64,000 nt of DNA from Candidatus Atelocyanobacterium thalassae (GCA_051971635.1 JBFPLN010000003.1:352001-416000); one strand, 5' to 3'. Counted from the stretch's first letter, positions 44,382 to 55,231 are shown. A program made the numbers and translations. The notes: generated by a model from the sequence alone, not told the origin.

Positions 44382-45449
44382 TCAAACTTTTTTGCTTGTT
44401 GTTAATTCATTTCTAGAATATTTTGCAGCATAATCTTCAAGAGTCATTTGTTTAATTCTACTAGCATTACCTGCGGCCCAAAACTGTTGATAACGATCAG
44501 CGCAAACTGTCTTCATGTAGCTAATTGATGGTTTCATAAAATGACGCGGATCAAAATTGCTGGGGTCCTTTGCAAAGCATTCACGAATAGCTGCTGTAAT
44601 CGCTAAACGATTATCAGTATCGATATTAACTTTACGAACTCCACTTTTGATACCTTTTTGGATTTCCTCAACAGGTACACCATATGTTTCAGGTATTTTT
44701 CCACCATATTGATTAATTATATTCAACCATTCTTGAGGTACAGAAGAAGAACCATGCATAACTAAATGAGTATTAGGAAGGCGTTTGTGTATTTCCTCAA
44801 TACGATTAATTGCCAAGATTTCTCCGGTAGGCTTACGGCTAAATTTATAAGCACCATGACTAGTACCAATAGCTACGGCTAAAGCATCAACTTGAGTATT
44901 CTCAACAAATTCAACTGCTTCATCAGGATTTGTAAGAAGCTGTTCTTTACTTAAGGTTCCTTCAAATCCATGACCATCTTCTTTTTCCCCTTGACCAGTT
45001 TCCAGGGAACCTAGACATCCAAGCTCGCCTTCTACACTAGAACCTACCGCATGAGCTACTTTGACTACCTCAGAAGTAACACGAACGTTATAGTCAAAAC
45101 TAGCGGGGGTTTTACCATCTGCTTCTAGAGAACCATCCATCATTACACTAGTAAATCCATTACGAATTGCACTATAACAAGTAGCAGGACTGTTTCCATG
45201 ATCCTGATGCATAGCAATAGGAATATGAGGATAGCTTTCAACTGCCGCAAGAATTAAATGACGGAGAAAATTTTCTCCTGCATACTTCCGGGCACCACGA
45301 GAAGCTTGTAAAATTGCAGGGCTGTTCGTTTCATTTGCTGCCTGCATAATTGCTAAGATCTGTTCCATATTATTGACATTGAATGCAGGAATACCATAAT
45401 TGTTTTCTGCTGCATGATCTAAAAGTAGCCGCATAGGTACAAGCGCCAT
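44382..45449 (-). CDS. fbaA: Class II fructose-bisphosphate aldolase
   Basis: [45 protein letters not shown] and KVNIDTD. Confidence 0.97.
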   Translation of the reverse strand: MALVPMRLLLDHAAENNYGIPAFNVNNMEQILAIMQAANETNSPAILQASRGARKYAGENFLRHLILAAVESYPHIPIAMHQDHGNSPATCYSAIRNGFTSVMMDGSLEADGKTPASFDYNVRVTSEVVKVAHAVGSSVEGELGCLGSLETGQGEKEDGHGFEGTLSKEQLLTNPDEAVEFVENTQVDALAVAIGTSHGAYKFSRKPTGEILAINRIEEIHKRLPNTHLVMHGSSSVPQEWLNIINQYGGKIPETYGVPVEEIQKGIKSGVRKVNIDTDNRLAITAAIRECFAKDPSNFDPRHFMKPSISYMKTVCADRYQQFWAAGNASRIKQMTLEDYAAKYSRNELTTSKKV

Positions 45450-45801
45450 AGATGCCCTCCTATTTTTTTCTAATTTTTGTGAGTGGTTCGTTAAGAAAAT
45501 TAATTCCCTTATTCGTTAATCTTAAGATAGATTTCACTCTTTTGACGAATCCTTTACTTTATTTCTCTTTCTATATATTGTTTGTTAATGTCAGATTTAA
45601 CTTTTAGAGTAAATAAATAACTTTTTTGTTTTATATAGTTTTTAAAGTAGCGGTTATTTTTCTATAAGAAATATTCTTACTAATCTAAAAAAATTTTAAT
45701 TTTTTAAACATTTTAGGACAGCATATATTACATCAAATAATTAAATGAACTGTAATGAAAAACAAGATATTAAATTTTACTTATAAATTTTGTATCGTAA
45801 G

Positions 45802-46905
45802 TTATTGATTGTAGTAAGCCTTTACAAGGCTTTCAACGATTGGTAATAATTCTTCTTCCGTTAAATTATAAGAGATACTAGAGGCTATAGCACATGCTCC
45901 AGCACCCATTCCTTCTTTAATGTATCCTTTCTCATAAACTTGTAATTGCTCATAATGAGAGTTAGAAAAATTTAATTGAGTTGCTAGCAAAGGGACCTCT
46001 CCTATTAATTTAGCTAATCCTAATGTATCTCCACTTGTATCTTCTAGTATCCAACGTGTTGTTCCTATAATAATATTTTCTAGATTTGCATTGTAATTGA
46101 ACATTTTTATGATAGTTTTTATTAACTGATATACTGCAAGCATTTGTGTTCCACCTGCTAATATTAAGCCAGTTTTTAAACTAGCTGAAATTGCCATTCC
46201 AGCTACAGTAATTTGCATAGGGTCACCTATCGAGGCAATTAATTCAAAAGGATTAACTGGAACATTGATAAGATCATAATTAGCTTTTTTAAATCCTTCG
46301 TTAATTAGGAATTCTTTATAGTTATGATTACAATAAGGATGACTACTGTTAACTTTTTGTGACGCATTAATACCTAGTCCCTTAAGAACAGCTAAAGCCG
46401 TTGTTGTCCCACCTACAACGCATTCACCCAAAACCAAGTATTTTTTCTTGGAATTTTTAGTCAATTTTTCACCCCAAACTAATCCATGATGAAATAAGTT
46501 AAAAACTAAATTTAAAGGTAATGCCTCTCCGGTACTTAAACAATTTGCCGGTTGTCTACTCAAGTTAACACAAGGAAAAGAAGGACTTGATGGCAAGCCG
46601 GTATTAAATAGATAGAAAGGAATTTGACAATGTTCAATGACTGCACGCGTTATAAATACGGGAGAAACTCCTTGAATCAAAAAGGGTAAGGGATGTTTAT
46701 AAGAAGAACTTACTCCTTTAACTAAAAATTCTGCATCTGCTAGTGCTGTATATTTTCTAGATTCTGAAGTAGCTCCTGCCAATGAAATATTTGGGATCAA
46801 AGCAGTCTTGGTAAATCCTAAAGTGCAAATAAAAAGAGGAGAGAATCTACTATAAGTACTAATCCACTTATCTACTAAGAATTTCTCGCTATATGTATAG
46901 AACAT
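45802..46905 (-). CDS. cobT: Cyanobacterial NaMN-dependent phosphoribosyltransferase CobT
   Basis: LGFT.T, SLAGAT, YTALADAEFL, GECVVGGTTTAL, GDPMQ, LAGGTQMLAV and KEGMGAG. Confidence 0.85.
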   Translation of the reverse strand: MFYTYSEKFLVDKWISTYSRFSPLFICTLGFTKTALIPNISLAGATSESRKYTALADAEFLVKGVSSSYKHPLPFLIQGVSPVFITRAVIEHCQIPFYLFNTGLPSSPSFPCVNLSRQPANCLSTGEALPLNLVFNLFHHGLVWGEKLTKNSKKKYLVLGECVVGGTTTALAVLKGLGINASQKVNSSHPYCNHNYKEFLINEGFKKANYDLINVPVNPFELIASIGDPMQITVAGMAISASLKTGLILAGGTQMLAVYQLIKTIIKMFNYNANLENIIIGTTRWILEDTSGDTLGLAKLIGEVPLLATQLNFSNSHYEQLQVYEKGYIKEGMGAGACAIASSISYNLTEEELLPIVESLVKAYYNQ

Positions 46906-47261
46906 TCTTTTATTGGAATTGAGAATTTAATAATTTTATTATTAAATAGTTTCTAATATGTAGTAACATACCACTATAAATGAAATGAATACTGTTTTTT
47001 ACAAGATACTAAACAAAATATTTAAGTAAATGTTTTTGTACTAAATATCAGTATCTAAGACTAAAAGATATAAATGATTGAATCTTATAAAAATCGATTA
47101 TGTAGTGATCTGAAAAATTGCTATTAATAACTCATAGAAGTTGAAAAAAATATACTAAATAAATTACTTCTCCTATAGATATAAGTTGGGATACTTAATT
47201 AATCAAAGAAAACAGAAGAAGCCATTAAGTTATAAATTCTTAAATATTATCTAAAATTAAC

Positions 47262-48371
47262 ATGGCCTATCCACTTAATACTACTACTAATCATTTTTCA
47301 ATTGCTCCTGCTCATATTTTTAAAGGAGAAAATATCATATCTCGAGTTAAAGAAAATATTATTCATTTAGGTAACCGTCCTTTAATTGTTGGAGGGAATA
47401 CGACTCTCCCTATTATTTCTACTCATTTAAAAGCTATTTTAAGAGAATGCAAAGAAATAAATATTATCTCTAAAAGTTATTCACCTGAATGTTCTGAAAA
47501 TTCTCTAAGGTCTCTTTCTTATTTAGTTAAAGAGCATGAAGCAAATATAGTCATTGGAGTTGGAGGAGGAAAGGCTCTTGATATGGCAAAAATATTAGCT
47601 CAATATAATAAACTACCAGTGGTTACTATCCCAACATCTGGTGCAACTTGTGCTGCATGGACGGCTTTATCTAATATATATACAAATCAAGGTGTATTTG
47701 AGTATGATGTATCACTATCGCGCTGTCCTGATATTTTAATATTAGACTACGCCATCATTAGAACAGCTCCTCAACGTACTCTAGTAGCCGGCATAGGAGA
47801 TGCTATCGCTAAATGGTATGAGGCCTCAATTGTTTTAAATAATGTTGATAGTAGTCAAACCTTAACAATGGCAGCAATTCAGCATGCAAAATCTATAAAA
47901 AATATTTTATTACAAAAGTCTTATATAGCTGTTAACAATATATATGGAAAGGAATGGTTTGAAGTAATTGATGCCTGTATTTTACTCGCTGGTATTGTTA
48001 GTGGCCTAGGCGGTGCTAGTTGCAGAACAGTAGCTGCACACGCAGTGCATAATGGTTTAACTAATATAAAAGCAACACATAAGATATTACATGGAGAAAA
48101 AGTAGCTTATGGTATTTTGGTCCAATTAAGATTGGAAGAAATTATGCAGAATAGCTACTTAGCGAAGATTTCAAGGCAGCAACTTTTAAAGTTTTATCAA
48201 AAAATTGGTTTGCCAAAAAGTTTAGAAGATCTAGGCCTAGATAGACTCACATTAGAAGAACTCAATTTTTTAACTGAAACAATTTGTCGTCCTGATTCTG
48301 ATATTCATCGATTACCTTTTTGTGTGTTTCCAAAACAATTATTGCTGGCAATGAAATCAACTACACAATAA
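47262..48371 (+). CDS. Iron-containing alcohol dehydrogenase / glycerol dehydrogenase-like protein
   Basis: GVGGGKALD, IPTSGATCA, AGIGDAIAKWYE, AAHAVHNGL and HGEKVAYG. Confidence 0.88.
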   Translation: MAYPLNTTTNHFSIAPAHIFKGENIISRVKENIIHLGNRPLIVGGNTTLPIISTHLKAILRECKEINIISKSYSPECSENSLRSLSYLVKEHEANIVIGVGGGKALDMAKILAQYNKLPVVTIPTSGATCAAWTALSNIYTNQGVFEYDVSLSRCPDILILDYAIIRTAPQRTLVAGIGDAIAKWYEASIVLNNVDSSQTLTMAAIQHAKSIKNILLQKSYIAVNNIYGKEWFEVIDACILLAGIVSGLGGASCRTVAAHAVHNGLTNIKATHKILHGEKVAYGILVQLRLEEIMQNSYLAKISRQQLLKFYQKIGLPKSLEDLGLDRLTLEELNFLTETICRPDSDIHRLPFCVFPKQLLLAMKSTTQ

Positions 48372-48620
48372 AGTAAGCTAATTAAAGTAATTTCTTAGTT
48401 AAAAATGTATAGTTTTTATTCTCAAGCTTTTTGCATAATACATATGTAAATGTTGAATATAATTCTTATTCTTTAAGAAGAAATGAGAATAAATTATAGT
48501 TAAAATCTTTTAAGGTTTTAAGGAACAAAATGTAGCTTCTAATCAATCTCTAATCTAGGAAATCAAAATTTTGAATACTAATTAAATAATAATTTTTTTA
48601 TACACATTAGGAGATAAAAA

Positions 48621-49061
48621 ATGAACAGTTTTGTTGTAATGGCGAAAGTTATTAGTAATCCTGAGTTGAGATATACTTCAGACACCCAAAAAGAAGTAAC
48701 TCAAATGCTTGTAGAGTTTGAAGGTGGACGTTTGGAAAATCTATCCCGTACTTTAAAAGTTGTAGGTTGGGGTAATTTAGCTGCTAATATGAAAACAAAT
48801 TGTCATGAAGGCGATATGTTAATAATTGAAGGTAGATTATCTACTAATACTTTCGAGCGAAAAGAAGGGTTTAAAGAAAAAAGGGTTGAATTAATAGCAT
48901 CTAATTTTTATCCTATTCATCAGATTTCTAATACTCAGAGTTCAAGTTACTCTGATACAAATTTTGATACATATCAAAGTAATGATGATAGTAGCTATAC
49001 TCTGAATCAATTAAATAATAGCTCCACAGTTTCTGATAATGATGATCCAATTCCTTTCTAA
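48621..49061 (+). CDS. ssb: Single-stranded DNA-binding protein (cyanobacterial second-SSB type)
   Basis: PELRYT, LKVVGWGNLA, IEGRL and an acidic tail ending DDPIPF. Confidence 0.9.
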   Translation: MNSFVVMAKVISNPELRYTSDTQKEVTQMLVEFEGGRLENLSRTLKVVGWGNLAANMKTNCHEGDMLIIEGRLSTNTFERKEGFKEKRVELIASNFYPIHQISNTQSSSYSDTNFDTYQSNDDSSYTLNQLNNSSTVSDNDDPIPF

Positions 49062-49300
49062 TTAAGACAAGTTTGGACAATACCTAAGTTTTACGTATAA
49101 CTTGTATTGTTGTTAATTATCTCTAGAGATACTAGATGGTATTAAACTCTACATTTAATATTAATTACTTATAGTATTGCTGTAGTTATTTCCCTCATTT
49201 CTTTTAGTAAGTATATGAATACTACATACATTGCAACATATATAGAAGAATAGCTATCACTATTCTTTAATCGTTTTTATTGAGGTATTTGGAGAAAGTT

Positions 49301-49807
49301 ATGGATTTAAAGCTCGTTCCTGCTCAGCCTAAACCTGATTTAGTTAATATCTTAGTAGAAATTCCTGCAGGAAGTAAAAATAAATATGAATTTGATAGAA
49401 ATATGCAATCCTTTACTTTAGACAAGGTATTGCATACTTCTGTACACTATCCATATGACTATGGTTTTATACCGAATACAACGGCAAAAGATGGAGATCC
49501 TTTAGATGGAATGGTAATTATGGATCAACCAACATTTCCTGGATGTGTTATTGCTTCTCGCCCTATTGGAATGCTTGAAATAGTTGAGGGAAAAAAATAT
49601 GATCAAAAAATTTTATGTGTTCCTGATAAAGACATACGTTATGCCTATATAAAATCTCTTAATGACATTAATGTTCATCGCTTAGATGAAATTGCTGAAT
49701 TTTTTCGAACTCATAAAAATCTTGAAAACAAGACTACAAAGATCTTAGGATGGAAAAATGTAGAAGCTGTTTTATCTCTGATTGAAAAGTGTATCAAAAA
49801 TGATTAA
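49301..49807 (+). CDS. ppa: Family I inorganic pyrophosphatase (divergent active site)
   Basis: [22 protein letters not shown] and DGDPLD. ATG at 49301 follows GGAG; the ORF track starts at 49280. Confidence 0.93.
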   Translation: MDLKLVPAQPKPDLVNILVEIPAGSKNKYEFDRNMQSFTLDKVLHTSVHYPYDYGFIPNTTAKDGDPLDGMVIMDQPTFPGCVIASRPIGMLEIVEGKKYDQKILCVPDKDIRYAYIKSLNDINVHRLDEIAEFFRTHKNLENKTTKILGWKNVEAVLSLIEKCIKND

Positions 49808-49928
49808 GATTGAGACTATTTCGTATAGTGAATGTTGCTTTTATTTTTTAGTTAAAATAGCTTAATTGCTCTTTTAAAAAGAAAACATTACTATCTAAGG
49901 TATCAGTTTCTATTTTTACTTAGTTCTT

Positions 49929-50288
49929 ATGTTAGTTAAATATACTACTCGGCATGTCCGTATTTTTACAGCTGAAGTCAAAGAAAATGAGTTAGTTGAA
50001 AATGATAAAATACTTACTCTAGATATCGATCCTGACAATGAATTTATCTGGAATGAAGATATCCTAGAGAAAGTTTATCGTAAATTTGATGAGTTAATAG
50101 AATTCTCTAGTGGAGAAGATTTAACTGATTATAATCTTAATTATATTGGTTCGTCATTAGAAGATTTTATTCGTGATCTTTTACAGAAAGGTGATATTAG
50201 TTATAACTTAGGAGGACGCTCTCCTAATTATAGTATGGGATTACCTAGAGTTAGAAACATAGAAACCGAAGGAAAATATAATCTATAA
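49929..50288 (+). CDS. ndhM: NDH-1 subunit M
   Basis: TTRHVRIF, LTLDIDPDNEF, YRKFDEL, DLTDYNL and NYSMGLP. Confidence 0.93.
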   Translation: MLVKYTTRHVRIFTAEVKENELVENDKILTLDIDPDNEFIWNEDILEKVYRKFDELIEFSSGEDLTDYNLNYIGSSLEDFIRDLLQKGDISYNLGGRSPNYSMGLPRVRNIETEGKYNL

Positions 50289-50306
50289 GTAATGATGAAT
50301 TTTTGC

Positions 50307-50337
50307 TCCCTGAAATATTTTCTTAAGTGTTTTAGGG
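50307..50337 (+). terminator. Probable terminator after ndhM
   Basis: Imperfect stem TCCCTGAAATATTT..AAGTGTTTAGGGA followed by a T-rich tract. Confidence 0.4.
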
Positions 50338-50529
50338 AATTTTCTTTAACTAAAATGATTATTATTTTGAGCATATATTGCTTGTATATTTCAAAATAAT
50401 AATCATTTTTTTTGAGAAATTTAACTTATATGAATAGTCTACCCCTATATATATAAACAATGTTGAAACAATAGTTTCTTAACTGCTACTATCTGTAGCA
50501 AGATTTTTATAATTCTCTCGGAATCTATT

Positions 50530-51384
50530 ATGTCATCTTCTTTCCATGTAAGTACAACGAAAAGATTAATGTACTTGGGTACAACAATAACGCTTTTTTG
50601 GTTATTTGTTGCATTATTTGCACCGTTTTTGCAAATAATGGGTATATTACAAGATCCTACTGATTTATTAAGTAACATACCTAGAGAGCCTCCTAGTTTT
50701 AATCATTTATTGGGTACTGACATTAGAGGCTATGATGTATTTTCAAGAACATTAGTAGGTTCACAAGCTGCATTAAAAGTTGTATTGCTCTCAACTATTT
50801 TTTCTTTAATTATAGGGGTACCCCTCGGATTAATTAGTGGATACTTAGGTGGAAACTTAGATAAGTTCCTTATGTTCCTCATGGATACTATCTACACCAT
50901 CCCTGGGCTATTATTATCTATTACTCTATCTTTCATTTTAGGGAAAGGCATAATAAACATTGCAATTGCAGTGAGTGTTTCTTATATTCCTCAATATTAT
51001 AAAATTATACGCAATCACACAAATAGTATTAAAAACCAGCTGTTTGTTGAAGCTGCACAAGCTATGGGAGCTCCTCCAAAAACTATTTTATATCGCTATC
51101 TCTTTTTAAATGTTATCCAGAATATTCCAGTAGTCTTCACTTTAAATGCTGCAGATGCCATTTTAGTATTGGGGGGATTAGGATTCTTAGGATTAGGCTT
51201 ACCTGAAGAAGTATCAGAATGGGGACACGATTTAAAGGAAGCATTACCAAGTCTATCTACAGGAATATGGTGGACAACTTTATTTCCAGGCCTTGCAATG
51301 ACATCAATGGTAGTAGGCTTATCACTTATTGGCGAAGGAATTAGTGAAATATTTATTCCTTTTTTACATAATAAAGACAAATGA
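50530..51384 (+). CDS. Peptide ABC transporter permease (DppC/OppC-like)
   Basis: HLLGTDIRGYDVFSR, GLISGYLGG, FVEAAQAMGA (EAA motif), LGFLGLG and WWTTLFPG. Confidence 0.92.
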   Translation: MSSSFHVSTTKRLMYLGTTITLFWLFVALFAPFLQIMGILQDPTDLLSNIPREPPSFNHLLGTDIRGYDVFSRTLVGSQAALKVVLLSTIFSLIIGVPLGLISGYLGGNLDKFLMFLMDTIYTIPGLLLSITLSFILGKGIINIAIAVSVSYIPQYYKIIRNHTNSIKNQLFVEAAQAMGAPPKTILYRYLFLNVIQNIPVVFTLNAADAILVLGGLGFLGLGLPEEVSEWGHDLKEALPSLSTGIWWTTLFPGLAMTSMVVGLSLIGEGISEIFIPFLHNKDK

Positions 51385-52364
51385 GAGTTAAAGACATTGG
51401 AGAACAGACACTTCTAAAAAAAATAAAAACATTCTGCCCCAAAAACGTTATTGGTGATGATGGAGCAGTTTTATCTATAGATCCTTTGTACAAACTAGTG
51501 GTTACGACTGATGTTCTTGTTGATGGAGTGCATTTTAGTGATTCAACTACTCCTCCTAGTGCGGTTGGATGGCGTTCTATAGCTGCAAATCTATCAGATT
51601 TAGCTGCTATGGGAGCTATTCCAGTTGCTATTACTATAGGGTTAGCTATTCCTAAAGAGCTACCAATTGAATGGATAGAATCTTTATATAGCGCAATAAA
51701 TATAATCTTAAGTAAATATAACATACCTATAATTGGAGGAGATGTTTGCTATTCTTCTATCAAGACAATTAGCATAACTGCTATAGGAAAAGTATATCCT
51801 AACCATATTATTAAGCGTTCTATAGCTAAGCCAAACCAAGTAATTCTAGTCACAGGTCATCATGGAATGTCAAAAGCAGGATTAGAGTTACTATCAAATC
51901 CTCATCTGGGAAGAAAATTAGATAAAGAAATACAGCTTAAATTCATTAATGCTCATCAATATCCTGAGCCGCGTTTAGATGTTTTACCCTATCTTCAGGA
52001 TATTATGAAAACTCATAATATAGCAGGAATGGATAGTAGTGATGGTTTGGCAGATGCAATTATACAAATATGCGAAATGAGTAATGTTGGTGCGGAAATC
52101 GAGCAATCTAAAATTCCTATGATAGCTGAATTATCTAAATGGACATCTCAAAAAGAAGCATTACAATGGGTCTTATACGGAGGAGAAGATTTCGAATTAG
52201 TATTATGTCTACCTGAAGAAATAGCTTTCAAATTACTTTGTAAATTAGGAAAAGATACTCACATTATTGGTAGGATAATTAAAAAAAGATCTGTTACTTT
52301 ACTTACAGAAAATTCAAAGCATTTGTCTTTAAAAACTTCTGAAGGATTTCAACACTTTTCTTAG
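51381..52364 (+). CDS. thiL: Thiamine-monophosphate kinase
   Basis: IGE, GDDGA, DVLVDGVHF, ANLSDLAAMG, GGD, MDSSDGL and GGEDFEL; ATGA overlap with the upstream gene. Confidence 0.96.
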   Translation: MRVKDIGEQTLLKKIKTFCPKNVIGDDGAVLSIDPLYKLVVTTDVLVDGVHFSDSTTPPSAVGWRSIAANLSDLAAMGAIPVAITIGLAIPKELPIEWIESLYSAINIILSKYNIPIIGGDVCYSSIKTISITAIGKVYPNHIIKRSIAKPNQVILVTGHHGMSKAGLELLSNPHLGRKLDKEIQLKFINAHQYPEPRLDVLPYLQDIMKTHNIAGMDSSDGLADAIIQICEMSNVGAEIEQSKIPMIAELSKWTSQKEALQWVLYGGEDFELVLCLPEEIAFKLLCKLGKDTHIIGRIIKKRSVTLLTENSKHLSLKTSEGFQHFS

Positions 52365-52453
52365 TTATAGAATCTATATATTGCAATGCAATAACTAAAG
52401 AAAAAGAATAGCAAAAAACTATATTTTCTGTAAATTACCTATTAATCAAGCAT

Positions 52454-52756
52454 ATGAAAAATATTCTATTGCATACAATTATAATGATTAATTTGATGCT
52501 AAGAATTATGGAGGCACAAATAGGACTAGCATTACCTTCTTCAAAAGATATTCCTGAAGAAATGTTACGTCATGAAGTTATTACAGAAGGACGTTCCGAG
52601 CTAACTGGAGAAATTCTAAATTCTTCAGAATATGCTAAAACACAAGAAAAATTATCTAGAAGTCCCTATCATCCTGAAGTAAATACAAAGTTAAAACATC
52701 TAGTTTTTTTATTAAAAATTAGAAAAATGTTAAAAACTATTGTACCTATTTTATAA
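52454..52756 (+). CDS. Conserved cyanobacterial hypothetical protein
   Basis: ALP..DIPEEMLR.EVITEGRS.LTG..L...EYA pattern, which I recall from small cyanobacterial proteins of unknown function. Confidence 0.7.
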   Translation: MKNILLHTIIMINLMLRIMEAQIGLALPSSKDIPEEMLRHEVITEGRSELTGEILNSSEYAKTQEKLSRSPYHPEVNTKLKHLVFLLKIRKMLKTIVPIL

Positions 52757-52802
52757 AAAATCCATTCTAGATTTATAATTTTTTAAATAATTAATTTAAA
52801 AG

Positions 52803-53720
52803 TTATAAGTTTGCACTAGCATTTCTTTGCCAAGCTGCTGCTTTTATTCTTTTTAATGACGAAGATGAAAATTTTTGTTGCCACTGCATTTCTGTAAAAT
52901 TTAAAATTTCTTTCAAATTAAGTGATATATTTCCAGGGTAAGGATAAAAATCTTGAATATTAGTTTCTTGAGAAAAGCGTTTGTTCCAAGGACAGATATC
53001 TTGGCAAAGATCGCATCCGGCAACCCATCTATTTAAATTATCTGCTATATTTTTAGGAAGATTTTTTGACCTGTTTTCAATAGTATGGTAAGCAATACAG
53101 CGTCTAGAATCTACTACAAATGGACTAACGATAGCTTTCGTAGGACATATGTCTAAACATCTTCTACATGTACCACAGTGTTTAGCATGAGGAGTGTCGC
53201 TAATCAAATTTAAATTAGTTAGAATAACTCCTAAAAATACCCAACTACCAAATTCTTTAGTGATAACGTTTCCATTCTTGGCAATCCAACCAATTCCTGA
53301 GCGTTCTGCCCAAACCTTTTCTTGTACAGGCCCTGTATCAACATAACAGGTAGCTTTTATATTTTTATTGGTCAACCATTTACAAAACAGTTTCAGCTTT
53401 TGTTGTAGAACTTTATGATAATCTTTGCCCCAGGCATAACGAGAAACTTTACCATAATTTATATTATTTGAATGTTTATGAGGAGTGTAATAATTTAATG
53501 CAACGGTAATAACTGATTTAATATCTGGCATACATTGAGTAATGTCAAATCGTTTAGGATTACTCATCCATGCCATATCTGCTTGATATCCTAAAGATAA
53601 CCAATTTTGTAAATTGTAAACAGCATTATCTTTATAAATTGTATGAGGGTTAGCAATACCTACTTTATGAAATCCTATATCAAAAGCTTTATTCTTAATT
53701 TTTCTAGTAATTGATAACAT
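52803..53720 (-). CDS. queG: Epoxyqueuosine reductase
   Basis: VSRYAWGKDYH, VDTGPVQEK, GSWVFLG, CGTCRRCLDICPT and GCDLCQDICPWN. Confidence 0.95.
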   Translation of the reverse strand: MLSITRKIKNKAFDIGFHKVGIANPHTIYKDNAVYNLQNWLSLGYQADMAWMSNPKRFDITQCMPDIKSVITVALNYYTPHKHSNNINYGKVSRYAWGKDYHKVLQQKLKLFCKWLTNKNIKATCYVDTGPVQEKVWAERSGIGWIAKNGNVITKEFGSWVFLGVILTNLNLISDTPHAKHCGTCRRCLDICPTKAIVSPFVVDSRRCIAYHTIENRSKNLPKNIADNLNRWVAGCDLCQDICPWNKRFSQETNIQDFYPYPGNISLNLKEILNFTEMQWQQKFSSSSLKRIKAAAWQRNASANL

Positions 53721-53786
53721 ATTAAAAATTCACTCAAGAATTGCAAGTAAATATTATTTGTATTGTTCTTAAAATTAATTATGATG

Positions 53787-54944
53787 TTAAGAGCATTTGG
53801 TCATTTTTCCATGTTTGGTTAATTTATACTTACTATTACGCCATATAACAGTTCTTTGCGTAAAAGCTAATCCCCAAAAAATCAAGCCAAACATATCCCT
53901 CAAAGGTAATAAATATAAATTTTTAATACTTTCATTATCTCTTATTTCTCGAGCTACTATAAAAGCAGTAAATATCCTAATAAATATTGTTATAATCAAT
54001 ACCCATAAGCTAATTATACTTCCTTCGAGCATACAGAATATAATAGCAAATGGAATTGCTCGAATAAAAATAGTTGAAATAAATGCTCCAGGTCTCGCTA
54101 AATAAGTATTCTGATCCCAATATACTTGATGATCCCACCAATTTTTCCAACTTTTCAAGTCTACAACAACATCTATGACGTAAGGCAAAAGTATCATACT
54201 TTTGCCAGAAGTCCATACTCTCCTTCCAATCTCATAGTCTTCGACCAGATAATTAGCTAAACTTTTTAATCCTCCAAATGAATCCAAAGTCGATTTATGA
54301 ATTGCAATAGATGGACCTAAACATGAATTTGAAGCCCCTGTCACATATGCAAAAATAACACTTGGTATAAAATCTGAATTAATCGTTAACATTTCTAGTC
54401 TCTCACATAAGCTATTAGCTTTTATGAGTTTAAAAGGGGTACAAACACAGCCAACTTCTTTTTTAGTGAGAGGTGTAACAATATTAGAAATGTAATCACT
54501 TTGCAAATAAGTATCACTATCACTTATTATGAAGAGTTCATGTTTTGCTTCATCAATTGCTCCTAACAAATTATTAACTTTCCCATTAGCTCCTTCTTCA
54601 ACCGTACTAATAACAACAGAGACAAAGTCTCTACCTAATTCAGATTGAATTTTTTTTAAGATAGGATATGCAGGGTCATCCGATGCTTGAACAGAATAAA
54701 TTATTTGGTAATTAGGATATTTTTGTTTAGTAATACTTCTTAGATTGCTTTCCAGATTTTTCTCTAAACCTCTAACAGGCTTTAAAACTGATACTGGTGG
54801 AGTAAAATCTTTATTTATGAAAGTATTTGTACGAGAAGATTTTAAAAAATATTTAGTTGTGAAAACAGTAATAATTGAAAAAACTGATCCACATATGATG
54901 GGTATTAAACAGAGTAATGATAGTGTGCTGTAAATATCTATCAT
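53787..54944 (-). CDS. hpnI: Hopanoid glycosyltransferase HpnI-like (ceramide glucosyltransferase, GT21-like)
   Basis: PPVSVLKPVRGLE, DDPA, GANGKVNNL, ISDSD and FGGL..LANYLVEDY.IG. ATG at 54944 is preferred; the ORF track starts at 55016. Confidence 0.75.
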   Translation of the reverse strand: MIDIYSTLSLLCLIPIICGSVFSIITVFTTKYFLKSSRTNTFINKDFTPPVSVLKPVRGLEKNLESNLRSITKQKYPNYQIIYSVQASDDPAYPILKKIQSELGRDFVSVVISTVEEGANGKVNNLLGAIDEAKHELFIISDSDTYLQSDYISNIVTPLTKKEVGCVCTPFKLIKANSLCERLEMLTINSDFIPSVIFAYVTGASNSCLGPSIAIHKSTLDSFGGLKSLANYLVEDYEIGRRVWTSGKSMILLPYVIDVVVDLKSWKNWWDHQVYWDQNTYLARPGAFISTIFIRAIPFAIIFCMLEGSIISLWVLIITIFIRIFTAFIVAREIRDNESIKNLYLLPLRDMFGLIFWGLAFTQRTVIWRNSKYKLTKHGKMTKCS

Positions 54945-55171
54945 GAATTTATGTGTTTTATTGTGCGATAAGATTAACGTATGTATCGATAAACTAAAAA
55001 TAGTTTTATATACCAAACAAAGTCCGTTAATAAATTTCTTTGTGTTGAAGCTTGCTTTGAAATTAGTAAATAAGTTACTTCAGTAACGTACTTAATCTTT
55101 TTTAAATAGGGAAATTATTTTGGGCGATTACAGTAATTAATTTACTTATGTCGTGCCTTTAGATTATTTTC

Positions 55172-55231
55172 AAACTAGAATAGCTTCTTAATCAGAAAAA
55201 TATTTTTCTGATTAAGAAGCTATTCTAGTTT
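55172..55231. repeat. 60-bp perfect loopless palindrome overlapping the infC stop codon
   Basis: AAACTAGAATAGCTTCTTAATCAGAAAAAT|ATTTTTCTGATTAAGAAGCTATTCTAGTTT. Confidence 0.95.
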
